A DNA stretch of 64,000 nucleotides from Candidatus Aenigmatarchaeota archaeon (GTDB lineage: Archaea; Aenigmatarchaeota; Aenigmatarchaeia; GW2011-AR5; JAHLMP01). Positions 38,653-48,363 of this stretch are shown piece after piece. Position 1 is the stretch's first letter. The number at the start of each line of letters is the position of its first letter. The DNA is taken from assembly GCA_039091735.1 (NCBI GenBank), contig JAWCLB010000001.1:721-64720 (forward strand), given 5' to 3'. Below the pieces are notes generated by a model that saw nothing but the letters and a program-made list of their open reading frames with translations, had not been told where the DNA came from and searched no databases. The translations under genes were made by a program, and so were the position numbers.

Positions 38653-39726
38653 ATGACGATTTCTAAGAGAAAATCTGAGCATATAAAGATATGCTTAGAA
38701 AAGAAAGTAGAATTGGGTAGCACCCGCTTTAACGAAGTAAATTTTAAGGATATAGATCTTATCCATAGCGCACTGCCAGATGTAAATCTTAAGGATATAG
38801 ATGTGTCATGCTCATTTTTGGGTAAGGAGCTTAAGGCACCACTCATTATTTCAGGTATGACAGGAGGAACGCATGAAGCAGAAAAGATAAATAAAAATCT
38901 TGCGAAAGCTGCACAAGAATGTGGCATCGCAATGGGCGTAGGATCCCAACGCGCAGCAATAGAAGATTCTTCCTTAGAAAAGACTTATCAAGTTAGAGAA
39001 GTTGCCCCCGACATACTTCTCATTGCAAATCTTGGTATAATTCAGTTTATCGAGGAATATACTATAAGAGAGGCTGAAAAGGCAATAGATATGATAGATG
39101 CAGATGCGCTCGCATTACATTTGAATCCATTACAAGAGATTTGTCAATCAGAAGAGGGTAATGTAAATTGGAAAAATTGCCTAAAAAAGATAGAAGAGAT
39201 TTGCAGAATATTGGATAAACCTGTAATAGCAAAAGAGGTGGGCGCGGGCATAAGCAAAGAGATAGGCATTGCATTAGAGAAGGCAGGCGTATCAGCAATA
39301 GATATTTCTGGGTTAGGTGGAACGTCATGGTCATTGGTAGAAATGTACAGAAATCCTGATTCAATAAAATCACTTATTGATTGGGGAATTCCAACTGCAA
39401 TAAGCTTAATCGAAGTTGTGAGCAATGTCAAAATACCAGTAATCGCATCTGGTGGTATAAGGAACGGAAAAGAGATTGCAAAATCTTTAGCCTTGGGTGC
39501 AGAGATCGTTGGAATAGCCCTACCTTTCTTAGAGCCTGCAACAAAAAATAGTGATAAGGTAAAGGAAAAAATAAATAGCTTGGTGAAAGAGCTAAAAGCA
39601 GTTATGTTTCTAGTTGGAGCAGAAAACCTAAAAGAGCTGAAAAGAAAGCCTATTGTAATTACAGGAAAAACAAAGGAGTGGCTGGAGGCAAGAGGAATCG
39701 ATGTAAAGGCATTTGCCTTGAGATGA
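38653..39726 (+). CDS. fni: Isopentenyl-diphosphate delta-isomerase type 2 (FMN-dependent)
   Basis: 'ISGMTGGT' and 'GVGSQRAAIED' motifs, TIM-barrel fold, and a 357-aa length. Confidence 0.9.
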   Translation: MTISKRKSEHIKICLEKKVELGSTRFNEVNFKDIDLIHSALPDVNLKDIDVSCSFLGKELKAPLIISGMTGGTHEAEKINKNLAKAAQECGIAMGVGSQRAAIEDSSLEKTYQVREVAPDILLIANLGIIQFIEEYTIREAEKAIDMIDADALALHLNPLQEICQSEEGNVNWKNCLKKIEEICRILDKPVIAKEVGAGISKEIGIALEKAGVSAIDISGLGGTSWSLVEMYRNPDSIKSLIDWGIPTAISLIEVVSNVKIPVIASGGIRNGKEIAKSLALGAEIVGIALPFLEPATKNSDKVKEKINSLVKELKAVMFLVGAENLKELKRKPIVITGKTKEWLEARGIDVKAFALR

Positions 39727-39727
39727 T

Positions 39728-39904
39728 TTATCTTCTCATAACCCTCGTAATATATCCAGCGATTCTATTTCTATTTTTCTTGCTTTCACCTATGTTCAGC
39801 TCTTCTAATATCTTTTTGTTGGATACAAAATCATTCTTAAATTTTCTCTCTTTTATCAATTTATTGACAATATTCTTGATATCTTTTGTCCTTATCCTTC
39901 CCAT
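39728..39904 (-). CDS. rps17e: 30S ribosomal protein S17e (eS17)
   Basis: 58-aa ORF, below the track cutoff: MGRIRTKDIKNIVNKLIKERKFKNDFVSNKKILEELNIGESKKNRNRIAGYITRVMRR. Matches the eS17 pattern MGRVRTK...NKIAGYVT. Confidence 0.8.
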   Translation of the reverse strand: MGRIRTKDIKNIVNKLIKERKFKNDFVSNKKILEELNIGESKKNRNRIAGYITRVMRR

Positions 39905-39943
39905 CTTTCCATCTTTTAAATTTTTGGACTTATTTTAATTTTT

Positions 39944-40921
39944 ATGAAAAGGGCACATATAGCAAAGTCGGTTATAGGTTATCTTGCATTTGATGATAAT
40001 CAAAAACTATTATCCTATAAACTTTTTAAATTATCTCCAGAATATGTAGCGGAAATGATGAAAAAAGATTTTGACAGAGACTTTCTGGATGGTCTTAAAG
40101 ACTATGTAATCGAAGAAGATGAGTTTGCAAAGGCGATAACAAGAAAAAATATCAGAAGGCTTGCAATAGACTTAGGCTTTGTAAAAAAAGAGGAGGACTT
40201 TAATAGATTTCTCTCAGAGCTAGGAATAATAATGAGCAAAGGGGAGATGAACATAGAAAAGGATAAGGTTGTTATTCAAGTATCCAATGCGTTGATGAAT
40301 TTAAATAAGAGCCTGAATTCGATGATAGAGCACTTCAAAGAGATATATTGGCTCCATTATCCTGAGCTTAAAATGGAAAATGAAGAGATGATAAATAGTG
40401 TGAAAAAATATGGTACAAGAGAAAATTTTCCTGACTTTAAGAAGAGCTGTGGAATAATTTTTGATAAAAAAGATGAAAAAATAGTAAAGCAGTTTGCCGA
40501 GCAACTAGATGGATTAATAATGCTAAAAAAATTACTTGAAAGCTATATAGAAGACGTCATGAAAGAGATAGCACCAAACTTCTCATATCTTGTCGGTGAA
40601 AAGATTGCCTCGAGACTATTAGCGTTGGCTGGCTCTCTCGAAAAGCTGGCAAAAATGGCATCTTCAACCATACAATTGCTAGGAAGCGAGAAGGCGCTAT
40701 TCAGACATCTCAGAAACAAAAAGGCAAAACCACCAAAATATGGAATCCTTTACGAATGCAGCTATGTAAAAAACGCACCAATTGAACATAAAGGAAAAAT
40801 CGCTAGGATAGTTGCCTCCAAGTTGTCTGTAGCTGCTAAGATAGATTATTATTCAAAGAGGGACGAAAGAAAGAGGCTTAAGGAAGAGCTTGAAAAAGAG
40901 ATAGAGAGGGTGATGCAATGA
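39944..40921 (+). CDS. nop5: C/D box snoRNP protein Nop5 (Nop56/58 homolog)
   Basis: Nop domain 'LVGEKIASRLLALAGSLEKLAKMASSTIQLLGSEKALFRHL...KPPKYGILY' with a C-terminal KKE-like tail. Confidence 0.85.
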   Translation: MKRAHIAKSVIGYLAFDDNQKLLSYKLFKLSPEYVAEMMKKDFDRDFLDGLKDYVIEEDEFAKAITRKNIRRLAIDLGFVKKEEDFNRFLSELGIIMSKGEMNIEKDKVVIQVSNALMNLNKSLNSMIEHFKEIYWLHYPELKMENEEMINSVKKYGTRENFPDFKKSCGIIFDKKDEKIVKQFAEQLDGLIMLKKLLESYIEDVMKEIAPNFSYLVGEKIASRLLALAGSLEKLAKMASSTIQLLGSEKALFRHLRNKKAKPPKYGILYECSYVKNAPIEHKGKIARIVASKLSVAAKIDYYSKRDERKRLKEELEKEIERVMQ

Positions 40922-41583
40922 AAGAGATCTTTTGTGGGGTTTTTTTGTCTTCTAATGAAAAAGAAAAGAAACTATATACCATAAATTTAGTGCCTGGTGC
41001 TAGCGTATATGGCGAAGCCTTGATAGAGATAGAGAAAAAAGAGTACAGAGAATGGAATCCCACGAGAAGCAAGCTTGCCGCAGCAATTTTAAATAATCTG
41101 AGAGGTGTTCCAATAAAAGCAAGGGATAAGGTCCTTTATTTGGGCACATCCACTGGAACAACATGCTCTCATATCTCTGACATAATAGGTAGGCGTGGTA
41201 TCATCTATGGAATAGAATACAGCCAAAGAGTTATATACCCTTTATTAGGATTGGCTGAAAAGAGAAAAAACATAGTGCCAATACTTGCAGATGCAAGAAA
41301 GCCTGAAAAATATTACTGGGTGGAAGAGGTTAATGTGCTCTATTGTGATATTGCCCAGCCAGATGAGGTAGATATAGCAATAAGAAATGCAAGCGCGTTT
41401 CTCAAGAACAGAGGATATATGATGATTGCAATCAAGGCTAGAAGTATTGATGTGACAAAAGAGCCGTCTCAGATATACAAGCAAGAGGCAGAAAAACTAA
41501 GAAACTCTAATTTTGAAATTATTGATATGGTAAATCTGGAGCCATATGAACAGAGCCATTGCATGGTTCTTGCCAGAAGGTAG
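40918..41583 (+). CDS. flpA: Fibrillarin (rRNA/tRNA 2'-O-methyltransferase)
   Basis: 'KVLYLGTSTGTTCSHISDIIG'. Overlaps the nop5 stop, as in the classic nop5-flpA operon. Confidence 0.9.
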   Translation: MKEIFCGVFLSSNEKEKKLYTINLVPGASVYGEALIEIEKKEYREWNPTRSKLAAAILNNLRGVPIKARDKVLYLGTSTGTTCSHISDIIGRRGIIYGIEYSQRVIYPLLGLAEKRKNIVPILADARKPEKYYWVEEVNVLYCDIAQPDEVDIAIRNASAFLKNRGYMMIAIKARSIDVTKEPSQIYKQEAEKLRNSNFEIIDMVNLEPYEQSHCMVLARR

Positions 41584-41591
41584 CATCTTAT

Positions 41592-42659
41592 TTAGCTCAC
41601 CAAAAGCATTAGCGCATTTTTAAAATCTTCAAAATCCTCTTTTCTTATTGAACCACCAGCTGCTGACTCGTGGCCACCAACAGACGCATACTTAAAATCA
41701 CTTGCAGCCTCTCTTAAAACCTTTTCGACATCAATTGTCCTGTCCTGATTTCTTGCAGAAAATTTTACATTATTTCTTATTACATCCCAAACCACAACTA
41801 GCTTTTTTGGATAAATCTCTGAAAGCTTCGTAGCTATGACTGATCTTAAGTTATATTTGGACTTGATCTCATAAAATATAACCCGTTTGCTATCATCAAC
41901 ACTGCTTTTAATATTTATCATCATTCTGTCTATCTCTTCTTGAACCTTTTCGTAGTAGTCAAGAAACTCCTTGTTTTTTTCTATCTCAGTTATTGTCTCT
42001 GCAGAATCCATAATCTTTACAACTCTTTCGCATGAGACGCGAGAGGCCTTCATAGCAGTTATAATATTGCTTATATGCCCGAAGATAGAATTAAAAATCG
42101 CGGAGCGAATATCATTTTCTTGAGAAAATAAATTTGGATACTCTTTTTTGATTTCTTTTATCAAATCCATAGAATCGTCTATGTTATAATCTCCGACTAT
42201 TCCAACTGCTGCAATCCACAGATATTTTTTCATATCCAAAATCTTTGAGCATATCTTATATGTGAGATAAGATGCTGACTGATAGACTTTTCCTTTAAAT
42301 AATGGATTATAATGAATGGTCCTTTTGGAATTTAGGTTATTTGAAATTTGGTGGTGGTCTATTATAAGAATCTCGCAGATATTCTCAAGTCTTTTTATTA
42401 ATACTCTCTCTTGGTCAATGGCAAGATCCAAGAAGATTATCTTTGTCGGAATAGACATCCTTATCCTTTGTAATAGATTCTTCGTTGGTGGCATTGGCTG
42501 GCTTATTATAAAATCTGCGCTTTTGCCAATTTTATTTTTGAGAAATTTATTCATCAATGCACAGCTAGATATCCCATCACAATCATTGTGAAATATAATA
42601 ATAATCTCGTCATCTGGCTTAATGTTCATCAAAAACGATATAGCTTCTTTCAACATCAA
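41592..42659 (-). CDS. DHH-family phosphoesterase (NrnA/RecJ-like, DHH+DHHA1)
   Basis: DHH motif 'FHNDCDGISS', 'IIDHHQ', and DHHA1 'GGHESAAGG'. Confidence 0.75.
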   Translation of the reverse strand: MMLKEAISFLMNIKPDDEIIIIFHNDCDGISSCALMNKFLKNKIGKSADFIISQPMPPTKNLLQRIRMSIPTKIIFLDLAIDQERVLIKRLENICEILIIDHHQISNNLNSKRTIHYNPLFKGKVYQSASYLTYKICSKILDMKKYLWIAAVGIVGDYNIDDSMDLIKEIKKEYPNLFSQENDIRSAIFNSIFGHISNIITAMKASRVSCERVVKIMDSAETITEIEKNKEFLDYYEKVQEEIDRMMINIKSSVDDSKRVIFYEIKSKYNLRSVIATKLSEIYPKKLVVVWDVIRNNVKFSARNQDRTIDVEKVLREAASDFKYASVGGHESAAGGSIRKEDFEDFKNALMLLVS

Positions 42660-42989
42660 AAACCCTCTTAGCTTCTATGAGACAGAAAATTTTTAAGCTT
42701 GTGGTCGTGCACAGATAGTGATATTACTTTTTAGTGTTTAAATATAATTACAAGACAGATATCAAGCTATTATTTTTGAATGAAGCAAAGGCTTTTTGGG
42801 CTATTAAATTGCGTTTACATGAACACTGCAAGATAATTCCTGTTTTTTAAGCATAAGTTTAACAATATATTTATTTACAGAAATCTACTTAAATAGTTAA
42901 AATATATATTACTAAAAGGTGATTATAAATGAAAATAAATAATTTAAAACAAAATGCAGGTGACTTGATAAGGTGGCTCTGCGCTTGGT

Positions 42990-43409
42990 GTGGTTGGCAC
43001 AGCAATGAACTGGTATGCTGGTGTAAAAGATTATGTACTAAATGAGGTTATTAGCGATATAGGAAAGGGTTTGACATATGCAATACAATACCCACTTTGC
43101 GCTTATGGTGTTGGAGAAGCCATAAATACCTACAAAGACTATAGAAATAGCAGAAAAGGCTCAGAAAGCATTCCAAAATACATTGGAAGATTAGCGAGAG
43201 AGTCACCGTTTGAATTAGCAGGCACAATAATGACCTTAGCACCTATTGCATCGCCAATTATTTCATCAGCTACGGGGAATGACTTTTTCAAGAGTATATT
43301 AATCCCAGCTTGTGTTTGCATTGCAGGACATACTATTAGATATTTAGGCAGGGCGATTAAAAACAAGGAAATAAGAGAAATGGAGAGAGAGCTTTATTCT
43401 GGCAAGTAA
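42990..43409 (+). CDS. Hypothetical protein
   Basis: 139-aa ORF. No motif. Confidence 0.3.
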   Translation: MVGTAMNWYAGVKDYVLNEVISDIGKGLTYAIQYPLCAYGVGEAINTYKDYRNSRKGSESIPKYIGRLARESPFELAGTIMTLAPIASPIISSATGNDFFKSILIPACVCIAGHTIRYLGRAIKNKEIREMERELYSGK

Positions 43410-43545
43410 TGAAGAAAATAATAAGCTAAACGAAGCTAATTGTGTTTAGCAGATTATAACTAAAATTTTTCATATTTTATTCATAGAAAATAGTTGACAA
43501 ATTTGTTACCGAAAAGTATTTAAATGTTATTACTAAGTAAAAAAT

Positions 43546-44391
43546 ATGCCAAGAAGATTTAGAAGATATCTCAACAGATTAGAAAGGTTAAATCAGAGGA
43601 TAAGAGAGATTGAGGCTGTACCAGAGGCTCAGCGAGACACTCAACAAAGACGAGAGTTAGAGGAGCTTAGAAATGAAAGGGATTATTTGAATGAAAATCT
43701 CTTGATTTCTAATTTTGGTTGGGAGAATTCTGCCTTAGATGTTGCTGAAAATGAAATAAGAAGATTAGAAAGAATTAAACAACGGACACCTGAACAAAAC
43801 GAAGAATTGAATAAATTACGAAGAGGGAGAGACGATCTAATGTGCAAATTTACTATGACTAGAAGGGAATTTATTGGTTACATGACTGCTGGTATTCTTG
43901 GTCTGCTTGGCTTTGGCACACTAATAGGATATAAAATATGGGGAAAAAGAGGCATTAGCAATAGCCAAAAAATAGCTCCAAAGAAGCCTCCTCTAAATGC
44001 CAAAACATTAGATGATCTCGTTGGAAACTTCTATTCTCCAGAAGAGGTGCGTGTTAGCATAGGAGAAAATCCTTATGGAGAGAAAAGAAACATCTTACAT
44101 GTGAAGGCAAGAGGTCCTAATGAAATATTAGATTTTTCTATCTTTGAAACAGACATAACAAAATTTAACCAATTAGCATACTATTTTGATTACATCTCTA
44201 AGGCTGAAGGCGCGTTTGAAATTCCAGACCCGCTTGAAAAAAATACAGGCTATCCAAGAGATTTTAGAAACGGAATACAATTCGGTGTCGAAAGATCAGC
44301 AGAGGATTTACCTGTATATAAAATCGCTGGTGATGACGTGCTATTTTATGTAATATTTAAAAGACCGTTAAAAGATTATTTAGGAAGATAG
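43546..44391 (+). CDS. Hypothetical single-pass membrane protein (N-terminal Arg-rich coiled coil, TM, C-terminal ecto-domain)
   Basis: R/E-rich heptads at residues 1-110, a TM segment 'FIGYMTAGILGLLGFGTLIGYKIW', and a ~150-aa C-terminal domain. Confidence 0.45.
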   Translation: MPRRFRRYLNRLERLNQRIREIEAVPEAQRDTQQRRELEELRNERDYLNENLLISNFGWENSALDVAENEIRRLERIKQRTPEQNEELNKLRRGRDDLMCKFTMTRREFIGYMTAGILGLLGFGTLIGYKIWGKRGISNSQKIAPKKPPLNAKTLDDLVGNFYSPEEVRVSIGENPYGEKRNILHVKARGPNEILDFSIFETDITKFNQLAYYFDYISKAEGAFEIPDPLEKNTGYPRDFRNGIQFGVERSAEDLPVYKIAGDDVLFYVIFKRPLKDYLGR

Positions 44392-46076
44392 CCTCCTCTT
44401 CTAATGAAATCTTCTAAGCATGATTGGTTATCCTGGTCTTTGAAGCAACAAAGATTTACATCTAATTTGATTTCTTTTTCATCTATAATTCCTGTTATGT
44501 CGCTCCTGCATTCCAGTGGTTGACCGCTTTCACTAACTATGGTTGTGCTACATTCACCCTCCTTGCAGTTACCTTCTGCTTCTTGGCACCATTTGTCTGT
44601 GTCATTCGAGCTTTGCTTTTTCCATTCACAGTAATTTTGCGCACCTAGCTCTGGGGTCACAGTAGTGGCGTTCTCTGCTTCACAATCAATCCTGCAAATC
44701 TTATCCTCACAGCATTTCAGACTACCACAGCACCTCAACTCTTTGCAACTTTTGCTCTCTTTTGCGCATTTTGCAGTCATCATTATTGTTGGTCCCTTTG
44801 TTTGTGTAATTTCAAAGGTATATCTGCTTAATTCAGCTGTTATCAAATCGCTTCTACTTATTTGCTCAGGTTGTATATTGCTTGATGTAAATTGGCATAT
44901 AACAGGCTGCTTATTGAATTCCTGCGGAGGTATTCGGAGCTCCTCAACAACATTGCATGCTACCACCTCTGCCTTTTCTGTTTTTTTGGTATCACATTCA
45001 AATCCTCTTCCACTGCAACTTATGTCTTGGCCAATAGAGCTTGGTAGGGTTATATTCAGCCTTGTACCTTCTGTCAAAATCACAAACTCTTTTTCTCCTA
45101 TCCTTTTATTTACTACTGAGGCTGTCAAAACCTGAGTAGTTCCGTTGAAGAGTGGCTGCTCGCCTACGCTCAATGCAAGCATAGCTGGCGAGGCTTTTCC
45201 TGTTGCAACAACATTTCTAAAAAGCTCATACTTCTTTATTGGATCAGCCATCAATCGTTTTATTTCTTCCTCGTTCATAATCTCAACTATCAAAGAAGAG
45301 CTTGCAAAATAGTTATATCTAAGCGTTATATTGACCTCTGCTGTCTTTCCTGGTTCTTCCTCTTTAGCAAGGAATGGCCCAAACTGCTGAGCAATAGCCT
45401 CATTGGGCAATAGCTCAGCAAGGTTATAGTTATACTCTCCCTCACATTTATCCTTTATGCAAGTTAGGTTTAGGCTAACGTCTTCTGCTTTCATGCTTCC
45501 CTCGTTCTCAGCCCTAACCTGAATATAAAATTTCTGGTAAGACGGCACTTGGTCTGGAGATAGCACTATTGCCTTAATCTCAACACCCTTTGGCTGAGTC
45601 TGTTCTGCCTCTATTTTTACAGCCTTTTGTTGCTGTTCGTATATATATTGTTGTGGATTTGTCAGCATAAGCATCAAGTCATGAAACGAGAAAGCCAGGG
45701 TTCTGTATGCAATACGGAGTGGTGCTTTTATCTCATTGACATAGTGCTTCATATAGCCAGAATAAGGGCCAGTAAAGAGATACCCAAAAATAATGCAGAG
45801 TAAAGACAAAGTATATATAATGGGCGGTCCACCTGATTGATAAAACCCTATTAAGAAAAATATGGAGACTGCCCAACCAATTAAAAATGGTTTAGTGAAC
45901 CCAGGCACTATGTCAAAAGATGCGAGAATCAGCATGATATCAATAGCTATAAGCATTCCTGCTATTATTGCTGCTCCAAGCATCTCTGCTTCTTTGGCTT
46001 TCGATGTCCTTCCCCAAAACCAAAATATGAAAGCCAGGATACACAAAACTATTAGTATTGGTGCCATGCTTCTCAC
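44376..46076 (-). CDS. Hypothetical polytopic membrane protein with large Cys-rich extracytoplasmic C-terminal domain
   Basis: Four to five N-terminal TM helices and about 27 Cys in the last 130 aa (CCGSLKCCEDKICRIDCE...CKEGEC...CC). Start overlaps the stop of the upstream gene by 4 nt. Confidence 0.5.
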   Translation of the reverse strand: MRSMAPILIVLCILAFIFWFWGRTSKAKEAEMLGAAIIAGMLIAIDIMLILASFDIVPGFTKPFLIGWAVSIFFLIGFYQSGGPPIIYTLSLLCIIFGYLFTGPYSGYMKHYVNEIKAPLRIAYRTLAFSFHDLMLMLTNPQQYIYEQQQKAVKIEAEQTQPKGVEIKAIVLSPDQVPSYQKFYIQVRAENEGSMKAEDVSLNLTCIKDKCEGEYNYNLAELLPNEAIAQQFGPFLAKEEEPGKTAEVNITLRYNYFASSSLIVEIMNEEEIKRLMADPIKKYELFRNVVATGKASPAMLALSVGEQPLFNGTTQVLTASVVNKRIGEKEFVILTEGTRLNITLPSSIGQDISCSGRGFECDTKKTEKAEVVACNVVEELRIPPQEFNKQPVICQFTSSNIQPEQISRSDLITAELSRYTFEITQTKGPTIMMTAKCAKESKSCKELRCCGSLKCCEDKICRIDCEAENATTVTPELGAQNYCEWKKQSSNDTDKWCQEAEGNCKEGECSTTIVSESGQPLECRSDITGIIDEKEIKLDVNLCCFKDQDNQSCLEDFIRRGGYLPK

Positions 46077-47509
46077 TCAAACATCTCAAAAATTGATGCC
46101 CAAAACTGACCAAGGGTCATGAAAACCGTAATTATAACTGTTATGATGAGAACAACTATAGTAGGGCCTGTCACAGCATATCTTGCGAATATTGAGAAAA
46201 GTATCCATAACAAGATAACACCTGTAACAATAGGCGAAAAGATAAAATTTATTATGAAATCCCAGATATTGCCTATAAGCTCATAAAGTGATGCAAATGG
46301 TCCGCCAACTGGTCTATATATTTCCTTAACAAACCATCCCCTAGCTGATTGATATATCGTTCTATAATCGTGCTCTATCATATGGCTTGCTTCCGCGTCT
46401 GCAAAACTCTCCAATGATGTTCTTATCTCTTCTCTTCCTGAAGCTGAGTAAATATGAAATTTCTTGTAAGTCTCCTCTACAACGTTGGGGACTTCACCAT
46501 GCAAAATCTCCTTCAACACAATCAAATCATCTTTCCATTCTCTACTAAATGCCTCAAGTTGAGCGCGTCTCCTTTCAAACTCTCTTTCAATTTCAAGTCT
46601 CTCTCGTTCTTTTATCTCTAATTCTTTATCTACAGAACGAAGGAGTTCGCCCAATCCCCTTTCCCCCGTCTCTATTCTATTTCTTAAATCGTCTCTTCTT
46701 TTTTCTAACCTTCTAACCTCTCTCACAATAGCATTTTTTGCCTCTACCCAGTCTTTTATCTTCAGTTTGTCTTCAATCTCTTTTATTTTCTTTATTTTGT
46801 AGTCTACTATCTCTTTGTTTTTACCTCTTGCTATTCCGTCAAGCCTTCTTTTAGCCCACACTACTGCTCTAAGAAGCCTTGTTTCCTCTGGTTCAAGTTT
46901 ATGAATTGGCCACATTCTTTCTCTCCAGAGAAATTTAGCCCCTCTAGCAACTTCTTTCGCAGTTTTACTGCTTGACCTTCTTAATATTTCTCTAGCCCTT
47001 TCTATTAATTCATTTGCTTTTTTTGGGTCATTTTCTCTTCTAGCCTCTTCTAAAATTTCGTCTGCTTCTTCAGCTACTTTTTGTTCTTCTTTAGAACCAG
47101 AGAGCATTTTCGAATAAACAACCTCCTTCATTGAAGCAATTTCCTTTTGTGGTTCAGTAGGCTTCGTCTCGTCCTGAACAGAAGGTCCTGGCATGGATCC
47201 TGGTAATCCTGTCCTTCTTAAGTAATCAGCATATGCAGCTTTTCTTAATTTAGTTTTCTCTTCTTCTGGTATATTAGACCTTCTTATTCTCAACAAATCT
47301 TTCTGGAATGCAGACCATGTTTTACTAAGCTCACTGCCTTTAATAGCATTTTTACTAATTCTTTCTGCCATAACCTCTGCAAGAAGCTCTTTCGCATCCC
47401 ATATATCCTTTTCTTTGGACTTATCTATCAGGTAATTTATTTCCTCTTCTGTTAATGTTGGATCCTCTCTTTTTAGTTCCTTTCTTAGTTTCTCTTCTTT
47501 ATTAGCCAT
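46073..47509 (-). CDS. Hypothetical highly charged coiled-coil protein with C-terminal double TM anchor
   Basis: ~400 aa of K/E/R-rich predicted coiled coil, then two hydrophobic helices (FSPIVTGVILLWILFSIF / GPTIVVLIITVIITVFMTLG). Confidence 0.5.
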   Translation of the reverse strand: MANKEEKLRKELKREDPTLTEEEINYLIDKSKEKDIWDAKELLAEVMAERISKNAIKGSELSKTWSAFQKDLLRIRRSNIPEEEKTKLRKAAYADYLRRTGLPGSMPGPSVQDETKPTEPQKEIASMKEVVYSKMLSGSKEEQKVAEEADEILEEARRENDPKKANELIERAREILRRSSSKTAKEVARGAKFLWRERMWPIHKLEPEETRLLRAVVWAKRRLDGIARGKNKEIVDYKIKKIKEIEDKLKIKDWVEAKNAIVREVRRLEKRRDDLRNRIETGERGLGELLRSVDKELEIKERERLEIEREFERRRAQLEAFSREWKDDLIVLKEILHGEVPNVVEETYKKFHIYSASGREEIRTSLESFADAEASHMIEHDYRTIYQSARGWFVKEIYRPVGGPFASLYELIGNIWDFIINFIFSPIVTGVILLWILFSIFARYAVTGPTIVVLIITVIITVFMTLGQFWASIFEMFE

Positions 47510-47582
47510 TAATATTTACTTCTATTAAGATGGAATAAAAAGATTAATTTCTTAACAAGATACAATTAAGAAAATAAAAAAT

Positions 47583-47909
47583 CTATTCTCCCTTCAACTC
47601 AATTATTGCTTTGGCTAAGTCATTGTCCAGCTCTTTTAGCTTATTGACCACTGTCTCTCTGTCTTTTCCTGTTTGTTTCATAACTAATTTTACATCATCT
47701 TCTTTTGGTTCTGCCTTTTCTTTTGTCTCTTCTCCAGAAATCTGATAGACCCTTTTGCCCATTATATTAGCTATAATAACTTCTGGATTGCTTATCTTAA
47801 TTTGATATCCTGGGCATCTTATTATAACTTCTTTTGCTTCCAATTCCTGAAGGTTCAGCCCCATCTTTTCCATCATACTTTCAATTTGCTTTTGATTCAT
47901 CTCAACCAC
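47583..47909 (-). CDS. nac: Nascent polypeptide-associated complex protein (archaeal NAC alpha, UBA-containing)
   Basis: 'MNQKQIESMMEKMGLNLQELEAKEVIIR' NAC domain and a C-terminal UBA-like 'KELDNDLAKAIIELKG'. Confidence 0.85.
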   Translation of the reverse strand: MVEMNQKQIESMMEKMGLNLQELEAKEVIIRCPGYQIKISNPEVIIANIMGKRVYQISGEETKEKAEPKEDDVKLVMKQTGKDRETVVNKLKELDNDLAKAIIELKGE

Positions 47910-48312
47910 ATATTTTCTTTCTTATTTTTTCAAGTTCGCCTCTCAGCTCCTCTTTTATTGGCAAACCAGATTCTATTGCTATTTCCTTGTCTTCTCCGTA
48001 TCTTGGAATAACATGAACATGAGCGTGTGGAATAACTTGCCCTGCGTCTCTACCATTATTCATGCAAATATTAAATCCCTTTGCACCCATTTTGTTTGTA
48101 ATCCTTTCAGCAACCAATTTCGTTATGTTAAAAAGACCATATACCTTTTCAGCTGGCATATCAAGCAGTGTGGGATAATGTTCTTTCGGGATTACAAGGC
48201 AATGCCCTCTTGACCTTGGATTTATATCCAAAAATGCTAAAAATTCCTCGCCTTCATAAACCTTTTGCGAGCCTATTTTGCCATTTACTATGTCACAGAA
48301 CACACAAACCAT
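47902..48312 (-). CDS. HIT-family hydrolase
   Basis: Histidine triad 'HAHVHVIPR' and 'HCLVIPKEH'. Confidence 0.85.
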   Translation of the reverse strand: MVCVFCDIVNGKIGSQKVYEGEEFLAFLDINPRSRGHCLVIPKEHYPTLLDMPAEKVYGLFNITKLVAERITNKMGAKGFNICMNNGRDAGQVIPHAHVHVIPRYGEDKEIAIESGLPIKEELRGELEKIRKKICG

Positions 48313-48363
48313 AAGATATATCTATTTTTTAATTATAAAAGTTTTTGCGACAATTTCATTCAT

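Noticed and set aside
39678-39938. 86-aa hydrophobic plus-strand ORF after the idi gene
   Set aside because: Low-complexity Phe/Leu-rich translation. The opposite strand encodes a bona fide eS17 (39728-39904), so this is an antisense shadow ORF.
42929-43042. 37-aa Cys/Trp-rich mini-ORF (MKINNLKQNAGDLIRWLCAWCGWHSNELVCWCKRLCTK) upstream of the 42990 ORF
   Set aside because: Too short and overlaps another frame's ORF. No support beyond an unusual composition. Noted but not called.
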